Below are positions 50,156 through 59,338 of a stretch of DNA of 64,000 nt, piece after piece. How positions within the stretch are numbered: position 1 is the stretch's first letter; every line of letters starts with the position of its first letter. Below the pieces are notes generated by a model. The model was not told the origin of the DNA. It did no database searches and saw only the letters and a program-made list of their open reading frames with translations. Location: assembly GCA_025061095.1 (NCBI GenBank), contig JANZKB010000001.1, forward strand, positions 1,078 through 65,077. The letters are read 5' to 3'. The stretch comes from Candidatus Culexmicrobium thermophilum (GTDB lineage: Archaea > Thermoproteota > Methanomethylicia > Culexarchaeales > B10-G16). A program made the translations under genes and the position numbers.

Positions 50156-52057
50156 TTACGTTTTAGTCTTCATTTGTTTCCAAATTATGAGGATAATTGT
50201 AATGCTTATTAGTGTTAGGATTATTGGCAGACCCATGGAGTAAATTGTAGATGTTGCCTTTCCTTTTTTGACTTCTAGGATTATTGTTTTGCTTGTGGCT
50301 TTTATATGGTTAACATCTCCTTTCCAGCTGGCTTTTAAATAGAAAATTCCTTCTGTTTGCGATGTCCATTGATAGGTGTAGGTTCCAGTTTGGTCTGTTT
50401 TTATCTCTGTTAGCTTGTTGAAGATCTTTCCATCTGTGGATTTTAGAATGTTTATTGTGGCTTGATTAATAGGTGGATTTATTTTTCCTGTTATAGTAAT
50501 GGTTTCACCTGTTGTAACTGTTGTTTTTGATGCTTCTATGGTTAGGGTGCTTTGAATTTTTAATATGGTTATGGTGTATGTGGTGGTTGCTCCATAGTGG
50601 TCTTGATCGCCTTCCCAGCTTGCTTCAATTACGTATTTACCTGGTGTCGGAGGCTTCCATGTGATGGAGTATTCGCCTTTCATATTGGTAGTTGTGATTT
50701 CAATGGTTGACCAGGATAAACCTTCGTTTATGGTATATCTTAATTTAACGGGGGCCATTGTGTGAGTTGGATTTATAGCTCCACTTATAACTACCTCTTC
50801 GCCAATGGTTATGTTTGATGGAAAAACTATGCATGTGATTGAGCTTGGTGACTTCTCTTCACCATTGGAATAACCTTTTGTTGATTGTTGGAATCTCCAG
50901 TCTGTATCGGAATTATTATCTTGGCCGTTTGGATACCTAGCCCAACACTGATCATCATTAGCAGTATCACTTTTTATGGGTGTTCGGTCCACCTCTCTAC
51001 CTTGAGCATCAAGCAATATTATGGATTCATCCTCATTGTCCAACCACTCTTGACCACGGCTATAAACATAATATCCATATGGTTCTATCACAGTTTCTTG
51101 AGGAATAGTTATGGTAACTGTCTCCCCATGGGTTGTAATTAATTTCCAATTGCTAATATCCACTGAATTTGAAGTTGGATTATAGAGTTCAACCCACTCC
51201 TCCACTGATAGAGATTTATCATTTCCAGGTGGGTTAGATTCAAACTCATTGATTACAATATGCTCTACTGCTTGAGTGGAAAAGGCCTCCAAATACAATG
51301 TATGTAGAACATCTGTAATGTAATTGACAGCAAGATTAAGTGATTCGCCACATCTATTTCTAAATATTGGATTGGACCAATTATAGTTTTGATCCATCCA
51401 TACACATGTCAGATTTCCGTCAACATCAAATGTCGTATCATATGCAAGTTTTACAGCTGCATCATATGCCGAGATAATGTCGAGGCTTCCATCAAAGGAG
51501 AGATAAATATTGAACTCTGAATCATAACTTGAAGTTCTTTGACTAACATACTCCTCATAATCACTGTGATGATGTTCCGCTCCCCAATCGGTATTAGCTC
51601 CCATAACATGACCAAACACGGCCATGTCAGCAATATAGTGACTCATAATCCCCACACACTTAGCTGCTTCAACATAATCTCTTTCCCTCAAAAAATTCAG
51701 AGCTTCATTATAGGTGGCGGCGACTCTAACTGCCGCTGAATCGTCGATTAGAACTTCATGCAAATTGAAATATATATGATGTAGGGCTGTGTCTCCAATA
51801 CCGTCAGGAACTTGGCCATTATCAGGTAACTCTGTTGCATATAAGTACATTGCAAGATTATCCAAGATATATTGCTTCTCTTCAATAGGCAACCAATCTA
51901 AAGCATGCTGGGCAATCCAATCATGAGTACCATACTTTGGATTTGAAGGATCATCACTAAAACCACCATTACTCCAAGCGGAAACTTGAACGAATGAGGA
52001 TACTGAAAGCAAAGATAGAAGAGGAATTAGAAATATGAGACGATTCATAGGAACCAT
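50156..52057 (-). CDS. secreted, membrane-anchored multidomain protein: Zn-dependent phospholipase C/S1-P1-nuclease-like domain + lamin-tail domain + Ig-like repeats + C-terminal TM anchor
   Basis: signal peptide; W-x-tH...H cluster; INEFESNPPGND...EWVELYN lamin-tail-like motif; repeated beta-rich modules; terminal hydrophobic helix + KTKT. Confidence 0.55.
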   Translation of the reverse strand: MVPMNRLIFLIPLLSLLSVSSFVQVSAWSNGGFSDDPSNPKYGTHDWIAQHALDWLPIEEKQYILDNLAMYLYATELPDNGQVPDGIGDTALHHIYFNLHEVLIDDSAAVRVAATYNEALNFLRERDYVEAAKCVGIMSHYIADMAVFGHVMGANTDWGAEHHHSDYEEYVSQRTSSYDSEFNIYLSFDGSLDIISAYDAAVKLAYDTTFDVDGNLTCVWMDQNYNWSNPIFRNRCGESLNLAVNYITDVLHTLYLEAFSTQAVEHIVINEFESNPPGNDKSLSVEEWVELYNPTSNSVDISNWKLITTHGETVTITIPQETVIEPYGYYVYSRGQEWLDNEDESIILLDAQGREVDRTPIKSDTANDDQCWARYPNGQDNNSDTDWRFQQSTKGYSNGEEKSPSSITCIVFPSNITIGEEVVISGAINPTHTMAPVKLRYTINEGLSWSTIEITTTNMKGEYSITWKPPTPGKYVIEASWEGDQDHYGATTTYTITILKIQSTLTIEASKTTVTTGETITITGKINPPINQATINILKSTDGKIFNKLTEIKTDQTGTYTYQWTSQTEGIFYLKASWKGDVNHIKATSKTIILEVKKGKATSTIYSMGLPIILTLISITIILIIWKQMKTKT

Positions 52058-52459
52058 GGTTAATCACATAGATTGAGAACTAAGCAAATAATTCTCTTCA
52101 ATTAATTTATATATTTTTACAAAATTAGTTATGTCGCCATATAAGGCTGAATTGAGCTATACTACTTATCGCTCCTGATTAAGGAAGAATTAAGAGTGCT
52201 TGAATAATAATGAATTAAAAATATTCTTTGAAAACTGTTTATCTCTTTAACGTGGAGAAATGCTCTTTAAGTTTAAGATCTACTTAGAGTTAAATTACGG
52301 TCTCATTCTCACCTTAACATGAACAAGTTAACAGTAAATTAGTAAGTAGATAAAGCTTCATGGCATTTAAGAGATAAAGGATCAATTCACCTAATAGGCT
52401 TCAAAATTTAATTTAAAAAAGCAAAGCTAAAATACATTTTGTAATTTAATGTTCACTGT

Positions 52460-53137
52460 ATGTTAACTGGAGACCCTCTCTCAAACGATCTCGTAGTAGG
52501 CTTAATTGTTGCTGTTCCCATACTTTTAGCTGTCACGTTAACTAAAAAGATAGGTGGCGGGTATTGTTGGGTTAATAGAAAGATCATCCATTTCAGCACA
52601 ATTCCAGCAGTATATGCCTATTTATACATTTTTAATGACATTTATATTTGGACTATTTTTGCTCTAGGTTTTGTACTATACACGTTGATTCCACACTTGA
52701 AGAATAGGGAGAAGGATTGGTTTCAAGTTAAAGGTAATTTTGGCGAAGTTTACTATTGTTTAATCTACTTGATTGTTGGATCAGTTTTCTTCTATATTAA
52801 TCGTCCATTAGCTGCTGTAGCTATGCTTCTAACCGCTATAGGTGATGGTATTACTGGAATTATCCGCTTCTTCCTTTTTAAGAGGAAGGAGGAAGCTATT
52901 TCACTATATGTCTCAACTGATCCAAATGTTCGAAAAGCTTGCAAAACCATTGCAGGTACATTGGGTTTTCTAGCTGTTGGGATTCCATTAACTGCTTTCT
53001 TTTTCGGAGTTTTAAAAGGAGTTATCATTACTTTAATTTCGGCAATTGCTGAAAAGCAGCATTTACTAGATGATAATCTTGCAATTCCAGCTACAGTTTT
53101 AATAACTTACTATATTATGTTACCGTTCCAGTTTTAA
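52460..53137 (+). CDS. polytopic membrane protein, polyprenol/dolichol-kinase-like
   Basis: 6-7 TM helices; AIGDGITGIIR motif. Confidence 0.35.
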   Translation: MLTGDPLSNDLVVGLIVAVPILLAVTLTKKIGGGYCWVNRKIIHFSTIPAVYAYLYIFNDIYIWTIFALGFVLYTLIPHLKNREKDWFQVKGNFGEVYYCLIYLIVGSVFFYINRPLAAVAMLLTAIGDGITGIIRFFLFKRKEEAISLYVSTDPNVRKACKTIAGTLGFLAVGIPLTAFFFGVLKGVIITLISAIAEKQHLLDDNLAIPATVLITYYIMLPFQF

Positions 53138-53218
53138 GCAACTTGAATATCGTTAACCATTTTATATTCTAACTTTCATGGACTAATTTAATCTGCCATT
53201 AAATTGTTGAAGGTTATC

Positions 53219-54523
53219 TCAGCCTACGAGGTATAGTTCTTCTTGTCTTCCATTCATCCAATACATCTTATTATTAGTGAATACGGCATCATCTTCTAAA
53301 GCCATTCGTATTTCCAAGTTATTCCATTCAGGTATTGAGTTATATGTGCATAGTTCTATTGAGTAACATGTATCTTCATAGAGTGGGTAGTCACCTCTGC
53401 CTGGAACACCTTCCTGTTTGTCCCATAAACCTATTGTTGGCCCTGCTCCATGGCCGTGGAAGCCTAGTGGATGTGTATATATTCTTCCCTTAATTCCCTC
53501 ATTTTCAGCTTTCTCTAGAGCAGCCTTCAATATTTGGTTTCCAGTTCTACCTACTTCGAATTCCTCAAGTAGGATGTCTTGCAATCTATTCGTTACGGTT
53601 AGCGCTTCTTTAAGTCCTTTTGGCGCATCGGATTCACCGAGCTTTAGGATGTAGGCGTTGTGTTGTGTATCTGTGCATAGACCTAGATATCTTATTCCTA
53701 CATCGCAGTGTATTAGATCTCCAGGCAATATGAGTTTTCTACGTTCTTTCCGTTTCTCACCGAACTTCATTGGAGGCTGATCTGGGGCTTGAATATCCAC
53801 TGTTGGATGGAACCATGTCTCCAAGCCTAATTCGAGAATTGTTTGACGTATCCACCAAACCACGTCATTTGTGGTAGTTATACCGGGATGGATAACATTG
53901 TTTGAGAAGGCTTCGCGGATTATTGTATGAGCTATTTCAAGGATACCTGGATATGCATCTATCTCAGGTTTGATACGCTTCTCCAGCCATCCGACAGCTA
54001 GACGCTCAGCACCCCTAACCCTACTCATGTATTCATCGCCTAAAGCCTTCCGCAGCAATAGATATTCGGTATGGGTTAATCCATCGCCGAAGGCAAAATT
54101 CTCTGAAATATTTATTCCGATACATTTTGGATCCCTCTCCCTAACCAATCTGGCCAAACAGGTATATTGATCCTCCTTCTCAGGATCCCAGGCAGCCTCA
54201 TAATAGCCCTCAATACCATAACGAGAAAGGACTAGACGCTCAAGACTCCCATCCCTTTTAAGTGTGAAGAGCAATATGGTTCTTCTCCTAGCTGAAAGCA
54301 TGGTTGCAGGAAGAAGGGAGAGCATAACTGGATCCTCATTATACTCCCTGCCAGCAACGATCCACATATCGAAGCCTTCACGCAGCATAATCTCTGGCAG
54401 AACCCTCTGCAATCTCTCCTTCAACCATTCATTAACAATTCTAGCCCTATCCTTTAGAGATAGAATCTTATGGGCAATTGAAGATATACCTGTGGAGCCG
54501 GAAGGCTTAAAAGATTCAACCAA
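53219..54523 (-). CDS. M24-family metallopeptidase-like protein (creatinase/prolidase fold)
   Basis: HCDVG..., HGHGAG..., E...E pattern in C-terminal half. Confidence 0.5.
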   Translation of the reverse strand: MVESFKPSGSTGISSIAHKILSLKDRARIVNEWLKERLQRVLPEIMLREGFDMWIVAGREYNEDPVMLSLLPATMLSARRRTILLFTLKRDGSLERLVLSRYGIEGYYEAAWDPEKEDQYTCLARLVRERDPKCIGINISENFAFGDGLTHTEYLLLRKALGDEYMSRVRGAERLAVGWLEKRIKPEIDAYPGILEIAHTIIREAFSNNVIHPGITTTNDVVWWIRQTILELGLETWFHPTVDIQAPDQPPMKFGEKRKERRKLILPGDLIHCDVGIRYLGLCTDTQHNAYILKLGESDAPKGLKEALTVTNRLQDILLEEFEVGRTGNQILKAALEKAENEGIKGRIYTHPLGFHGHGAGPTIGLWDKQEGVPGRGDYPLYEDTCYSIELCTYNSIPEWNNLEIRMALEDDAVFTNNKMYWMNGRQEELYLVG

Positions 54524-55408
54524 ATAAAACCCCTTTAAAGAAATATGAAATAAAGATTAATTATAGATTTCACTCTCCGATAAATATTTATTTAAATGTT
54601 GCATCAACAGTTAAGTTGACAGAGTTTTTGAACAAACCTTTTCGTTTCCTTGATAGCGGTCAAATAATTTTCTTGTCTCTCTCGTCTATTGGAGTAGCTT
54701 TATAAGAAGAGTGAAATTGTCGTTATGTCTGCAGATTTTAAGGTTCCTAACGGTCCAGTAGCTATGAGACTAGAAAGGTGCATCTAACATTTTTAGAAGT
54801 TAATGAAGAAACTGTACCGTTTGCAACTGCCGGTATTGCTGATGCTACTCTTATAAAGCAAGGTTACATGGTATGTGAGAATATTCTTAGAGACATGGCA
54901 ATTAATAATTGGGATAGTAAAACTCTAAGCTTCCAACAATTTAATGAGGCAGTCAAAAAATTGAGACAGCTCTAGTCACTTTCACTTCAATGGACTCTAA
55001 GAGGAAAATCTTTAATTGAGGGAGTATTGAAGAATCTATACGTTTATGTCCGAGAGCTTGCTGAGGAAAGATTCGGGAAATATCGCTAAAGCTGTAAGCT
55101 AGAAAAGCATGATCTACAGCTTCTACTATAATTTCATAGTTTTTACACACTTAACCTTTTTAATGCAGCGTAGAATTTCCTGTTAAAGAATCATCAATTT
55201 ATACATGGAGGCATGATGATTTGACAATAGTAGTTAAAAGAATAAATTATAAGAGAGTTGACGGATCAAATATTTCCTAATTACTATATTTATAAACAGT
55301 GGAGAGAAGGAAAAAATTAAAACAAAATACATCGGCAAACTAGAAGACATTGTTGACTTTTATTTACCATACTATCCTCTTATATATCAAAATTTTACTT
55401 TTGTAAAG

Positions 55409-55480
55409 AGCCGGGGGAGGGATTTGAACCCCCGTATAGCGGATCTGCAGTCCGCCGCCTAACCACTTGGCTACCCCGGC
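55409..55480 (-). tRNA. tRNA-Cys (GCA)
   Basis: minus-strand cloverleaf: acceptor GCCGGGG, anticodon loop CTGCAGA, T loop TTCAAAT. Confidence 0.8.
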
Positions 55481-55509
55481 GACCGACGAGTAGTTGAATC
55501 TAAAATTAG

Positions 55510-56025
55510 CTAACTAGTTAAATTTTCTATTATTATAGTTGTAGGTACTGATATCTTCGATGAAGCAACTTTGAGAGCGTATTTAGCCTTATCTACGAAC
55601 TCTGGTTTTGTTCTTATTATGATTATTTCTTGGCCTGTTTTAATTCTTGCAGCGGTTCCTATGGGTTTTCCGAATGCTTGGCGCATACCGTCTTGCAGTC
55701 TATCTGCACCTGCAAAGGCCATCATTTTATTCTCCCTTAACACGTGATGTGGGTAAACTTTTATTCTTAAATGGTAGTTCTGCCGTCCATGTTCTTCCAT
55801 AAGTTTGTTAGCGGAGATTCTTGCAGCTTCAAGTGCATTATGCCTTATTTGACCTTTCTCTTTAGAGATTAGTTTTACTACGACTGGAAAAGTGCCCTTA
55901 GGATTCCCCATATCAAATCTAGATATCTTTGGAGGGGGAACTCCGCTGATATATTCCTGTCGAGTATAGGGTGGTCTGCTTATTCGACGGTAACATCTTC
56001 CAGGTCTTAGAGGCATTTTATTCAC
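55510..56025 (-). CDS. rpl10e: 50S ribosomal protein L10e (uL16)
   Basis: [17 protein letters not shown]-terminus. Confidence 0.85.
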   Translation of the reverse strand: MNKMPLRPGRCYRRISRPPYTRQEYISGVPPPKISRFDMGNPKGTFPVVVKLISKEKGQIRHNALEAARISANKLMEEHGRQNYHLRIKVYPHHVLRENKMMAFAGADRLQDGMRQAFGKPIGTAARIKTGQEIIIIRTKPEFVDKAKYALKVASSKISVPTTIIIENLTS

Positions 56026-56072
56026 ACTCCACTACTATTCAGCCTGTTATTAACATAGATTGAATATTAACT

Positions 56073-57146
56073 TTATGCTTTCTCTAAAAGGAAGATATGG
56101 GGGTTTAGGTTTCCATGTCCAACAATTCTTTCACATTTCAATTTTAAACTTCCAATTTCTCCTAATAGATTTTTCATCAATTTTGCTTGTGTAGTAAGCA
56201 AGGTTATCTTTCCATCACTGGATAATACTTTTAGAGTGGAGAACAGAAAATCTGAGTATAATTTTTTTAGAAAACTCTTTCTTCCCACTCTTATTCCATA
56301 TGGTAAATTGCAGATTATTCTATCTATGTTGCAGTTCACAATTTCATCTAGTTTTTTTGCATCCGCCACTTGGAAGCTAATTTTATGATGTACTCCAGCT
56401 GCTAATGCATTCAATTTTGCACCATGTATATGTTTGGGTGAAATGTCGAATCCTTGGATAATCCTTTTTAAATATGGATTGAGAAAGGCACATTCTATGG
56501 GTATTGTTCCACCGCCACACATCGGGTCGACTACTAGAGAATTAGATGAAACCTCTGAGAGGAAGATTAGGGCTGCAGCTAGAGTAGATTTAAGCGCTGC
56601 AGGATGATCATATATGCGGTAGCCGCGTCTATGGAGAGATCTGTCCCCAGTGGTGCATACACCTATGAAGCAGGAGGTGCCTATTACATCTACCCTGAAA
56701 ATTATAGATGGAAAATCTAAATTTACCTTTGGTCTTCTCGTTATGGGAAATGAATCCTGCAAGGCTTTACCAGCCACTCTCGCTATATCAATGGATGTAT
56801 ATTCATGTTTGCCCAGTCTCTCACATCGAACTGCAAAGGTCACTTTAGAATTTAAGTAATCTTCCAGTGAGTTTAACTTTAAAATGTTATGATATATATC
56901 TTCTAGACCTGAACTGTCTCTTCGAATGTTGAATAATGCCAATAATATTACAGCTCTATGTATAGTTCTGGAGAATTTATTTAACTTTTCTGCTGCAAGA
57001 GAGGGGTCTTCATTTAAAGTTAAAATTAGTCTGCCTTGAATACCCATCGGTTTTAAAATGTAATGTGAAAAGAAGATTAAACGTTCAGTTTCGGCTAACG
57101 CTACATCCTCTATGCCTGGACAAGTAGTTAATAGGAGGCTTCGCAT
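56073..57146 (-). CDS. THUMP-domain N2-guanine RNA methyltransferase (Trm14/RlmL-like)
   Basis: THUMP region; DPMCGGGTIPIE SAM motif; NLPYG N-methyltransferase motif. Confidence 0.65.
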   Translation of the reverse strand: MRSLLLTTCPGIEDVALAETERLIFFSHYILKPMGIQGRLILTLNEDPSLAAEKLNKFSRTIHRAVILLALFNIRRDSSGLEDIYHNILKLNSLEDYLNSKVTFAVRCERLGKHEYTSIDIARVAGKALQDSFPITRRPKVNLDFPSIIFRVDVIGTSCFIGVCTTGDRSLHRRGYRIYDHPAALKSTLAAALIFLSEVSSNSLVVDPMCGGGTIPIECAFLNPYLKRIIQGFDISPKHIHGAKLNALAAGVHHKISFQVADAKKLDEIVNCNIDRIICNLPYGIRVGRKSFLKKLYSDFLFSTLKVLSSDGKITLLTTQAKLMKNLLGEIGSLKLKCERIVGHGNLNPHIFLLEKA

Positions 57147-57155
57147 CCAAGCAAT

Positions 57156-58184
57156 TTATACAGCTTCGCCAATGTAAATGTTATCTTTCACTCTGAGCAG
57201 TCTAACGGTAACTTTGTGTTCAAGGGGAATCTCCCCGGCATTGACAAGTGTGATCACCCTGCTTTTAGCTATCGCAAGTTTTTGGCCTTTAAGCCAGCCT
57301 GGAGCTATAGTTCTAGCCTTCACCTTTTCGAAACGTTTAAACATTATAGGAAGCTTTGGAAGCTTAATTATGTTGAAATCTTCAGGTGAGAGTTTAAGTT
57401 TAACTTTAAATTTTTCTTCCCATAACTTAAGCTTTCTATAGAAATGATACCAAGTAAGCCTCTTCACTCCTTTAGGTTTCCTTCCATATTTATGTACCTC
57501 GTATTTCTGTATGCCGAGGGGAGGCCATCTTTTCCCGGCACCTATCGCTAAAGCATATGAAATTATTTTAGGCATCTCCGAATCGTTGATTGGGGAAAGC
57601 CATACAGGAGCTATTAATAGATCAATATTTGATGAAGCAGCAGCATATTCTGCCATTTCTTTCACATAATTAACATTGTAAAGACGAGAGTTAGCTAACT
57701 TTTTGGCGAGCGATGCATCTAGAGCATCTATTGAAAGGTTCAATCTGGATAGTCCGGAGTCTGAGAGTTCATCAATTAAATGTTCAGTTAGCAGAATGCC
57801 ATGGGTTTGCATAGATATTACTTTGATTCCTTTAATCTCCGACAGTTTTTGTACTAGTTCAACTATATGTGGATATGTGAGGGGATCTCCAACAGTATCT
57901 ATATGGGCTTCAATGTTTTTTCCACCTTTATATTTAACTAGATTTCTAATTTCACTGATCAAATAGTCTAGGTCAACTATATATTCTACCTGTCTCCACC
58001 GTGATTTTGGACCGGCGTCGGTGGAGCAAAATATACATGAGAGTAAACATGAAGATGAGGGACGAACCTGTATGATATTGGTTCCCCTATCTATTAATCC
58101 GAAGGCTATACAGCCATATAGAGGAATACCGCTATTTTCATCGATTCTTATTATTGGACGAACGGTATTGCCAGTATGCTGCAA
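57156..58184 (-). CDS. radical SAM protein
   Basis: CLLSCIFC (CxxxCxxC) cluster; C-terminal beta-rich (TRAM-like?) region. Confidence 0.6.
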   Translation of the reverse strand: MQHTGNTVRPIIRIDENSGIPLYGCIAFGLIDRGTNIIQVRPSSSCLLSCIFCSTDAGPKSRWRQVEYIVDLDYLISEIRNLVKYKGGKNIEAHIDTVGDPLTYPHIVELVQKLSEIKGIKVISMQTHGILLTEHLIDELSDSGLSRLNLSIDALDASLAKKLANSRLYNVNYVKEMAEYAAASSNIDLLIAPVWLSPINDSEMPKIISYALAIGAGKRWPPLGIQKYEVHKYGRKPKGVKRLTWYHFYRKLKLWEEKFKVKLKLSPEDFNIIKLPKLPIMFKRFEKVKARTIAPGWLKGQKLAIAKSRVITLVNAGEIPLEHKVTVRLLRVKDNIYIGEAV

Positions 58185-58250
58185 AGTTCAACCTCGAGTT
58201 AAATAAATGAAGTGATAAATTTATTTTCATCTGTCACTTTACCATTATAT

Positions 58251-58456
58251 GGGGACCCACACGCGACGGACCGGGGGAGAGGGAGACTCCATCTATGAAC
58301 CTAGGGGTACCCAAGTGTGGGACATTGATCCCCGCCGGGTGAGGGGGGCCGAGAGCCCAACGTTGAGAGAGCCTATAGAGAGAGAAGCAACTTCTCCCAA
58401 TGAGAATAGGTGATCGCGTTTGGGGGAAAGGTCGCCTCTCACCCGCCAATATAGTC
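58251..58456 (+). ncRNA. unassigned GC-rich structured-RNA candidate (~205 nt); strand uncertain
   Basis: ~65% GC island with no sensible ORF in an AT-rich intergenic gap; local hairpins (GGGCCGAGAGCCC, GGGGTACCC, AGAAGcaaCTTCT), possible terminal pairing ACGCGA/TCGCGT, TATA-like AAATTTATTTT ~27 nt upstream on + strand. Confidence 0.4.
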
Positions 58457-58460
58457 CTTC

Positions 58461-58958
58461 TCAAGAAACAATAATGGAACAATTTGAATTAAAAAATTTA
58501 ATATAGTGGCGTTCATTTCTTCTAATTTTAGTTGAAGAAATCGGCCTATAGTCAAAATCCTTTACCAATGGAATTACTATAACTTTCAATGGTGGAAGCA
58601 ATTTACTTCGCCTTATCCTGTTTATTTCCAATGCTCTTGCCAATGTTTCCTCACTTACAATGATTGCGGAGATTTCCCTCTCAGTTATTGTTGGACCGTA
58701 AGGATCTTCTAAGATCACTATTTCAGCTCTATGTAGCCATCCTTTATCTTTGAGGAAGGATTTCAACTTCTCTATTCTTACGTTTAGTGGAGGAACATAA
58801 TGATTTTTCCCCCTTGCTAAATTGTCGCTTGTAACGCCTATAATAACCTTTTCACCTATTTCAAAGGATTTAGATAACAGATGAATATGTCCTTCGTGAA
58901 GAAAGTCGAAAGTTCCACCTACAGCTACAAGGGGATACTTGGAGGGCATATAGTTCAC
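58461..58958 (-). CDS. archaeal phosphopantetheine adenylyltransferase (cytidylyltransferase family)
   Basis: VGGTFDFLHEGHIHLL nucleotidyltransferase motif. Confidence 0.7.
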   Translation of the reverse strand: MNYMPSKYPLVAVGGTFDFLHEGHIHLLSKSFEIGEKVIIGVTSDNLARGKNHYVPPLNVRIEKLKSFLKDKGWLHRAEIVILEDPYGPTITEREISAIIVSEETLARALEINRIRRSKLLPPLKVIVIPLVKDFDYRPISSTKIRRNERHYIKFFNSNCSIIVS

Positions 58959-59086
58959 TCCAACTGGAATTTAACTAACAAATATTAATAAAATTCTCTA
59001 TGAGAGAATTCATTTCAAATTAAGAGTTCCCAATACAGTTACGACTATGAAGAAAAGCTTATCACTAAAATTTTTAAAATAATTTT

Positions 59087-59250
59087 GGGGCCGAAATTTC
59101 GGGTTGGGACATATGAGAGCAATAAGCCGTAGCTCAGTAAGGGAGAGCGGCGGGCTCCAGAGCTTGCCAGCTTAAAGACCGATAAGGGATGATATAGCTC
59201 TGGAGCGCAGAGAAACCCGTTGGTCGTGGGTTCAAATCCCACCGGCCCCA
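59087..59250 (+). tRNA. tRNA-Trp (CCA) with two introns (one in acceptor stem/position 7-8 region, one in anticodon loop)
   Basis: exons GGGGCCG...TAGCTC AGTAAGGGA GAGC G GCGGG CTCCAG...A CCCGT TGGTC GTGGG TTCAAAT CCCAC CGGCCCC A CCA; 36-nt and ~53-nt intervening sequences. Confidence 0.7.
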
Positions 59251-59338
59251 CCAATTCTGTTCAAATTATAGTTGACGATACAAGTCAAATTGAAAAGAAT
59301 TATTTTTACGTGAAATCTTACATTCATTGGGGAGGTAA

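Noticed and set aside
58251-58456. Assignment of the GC-rich island as SRP (7S) RNA
   Set aside because: No GGAAGG/AGCAGC helix-8 motifs or long terminal helix 5 could be found on either strand, and 205 nt is too short for archaeal SRP RNA (~300 nt).
58234-58482. 82-aa Gly/Pro/Arg-rich ORF on the minus strand
   Set aside because: It lies wholly within the GC-rich candidate-RNA island; the composition-driven ORF has no start context and no protein-like pattern.
59161-59215. C/D-box guide RNA inside the tRNA-Trp anticodon-loop intron
   Set aside because: GGATGATA and CTGGA only approximate the RUGAUGA/CUGA boxes (two mismatches in box C, D box CUGG); mentioned as a weak possibility only.
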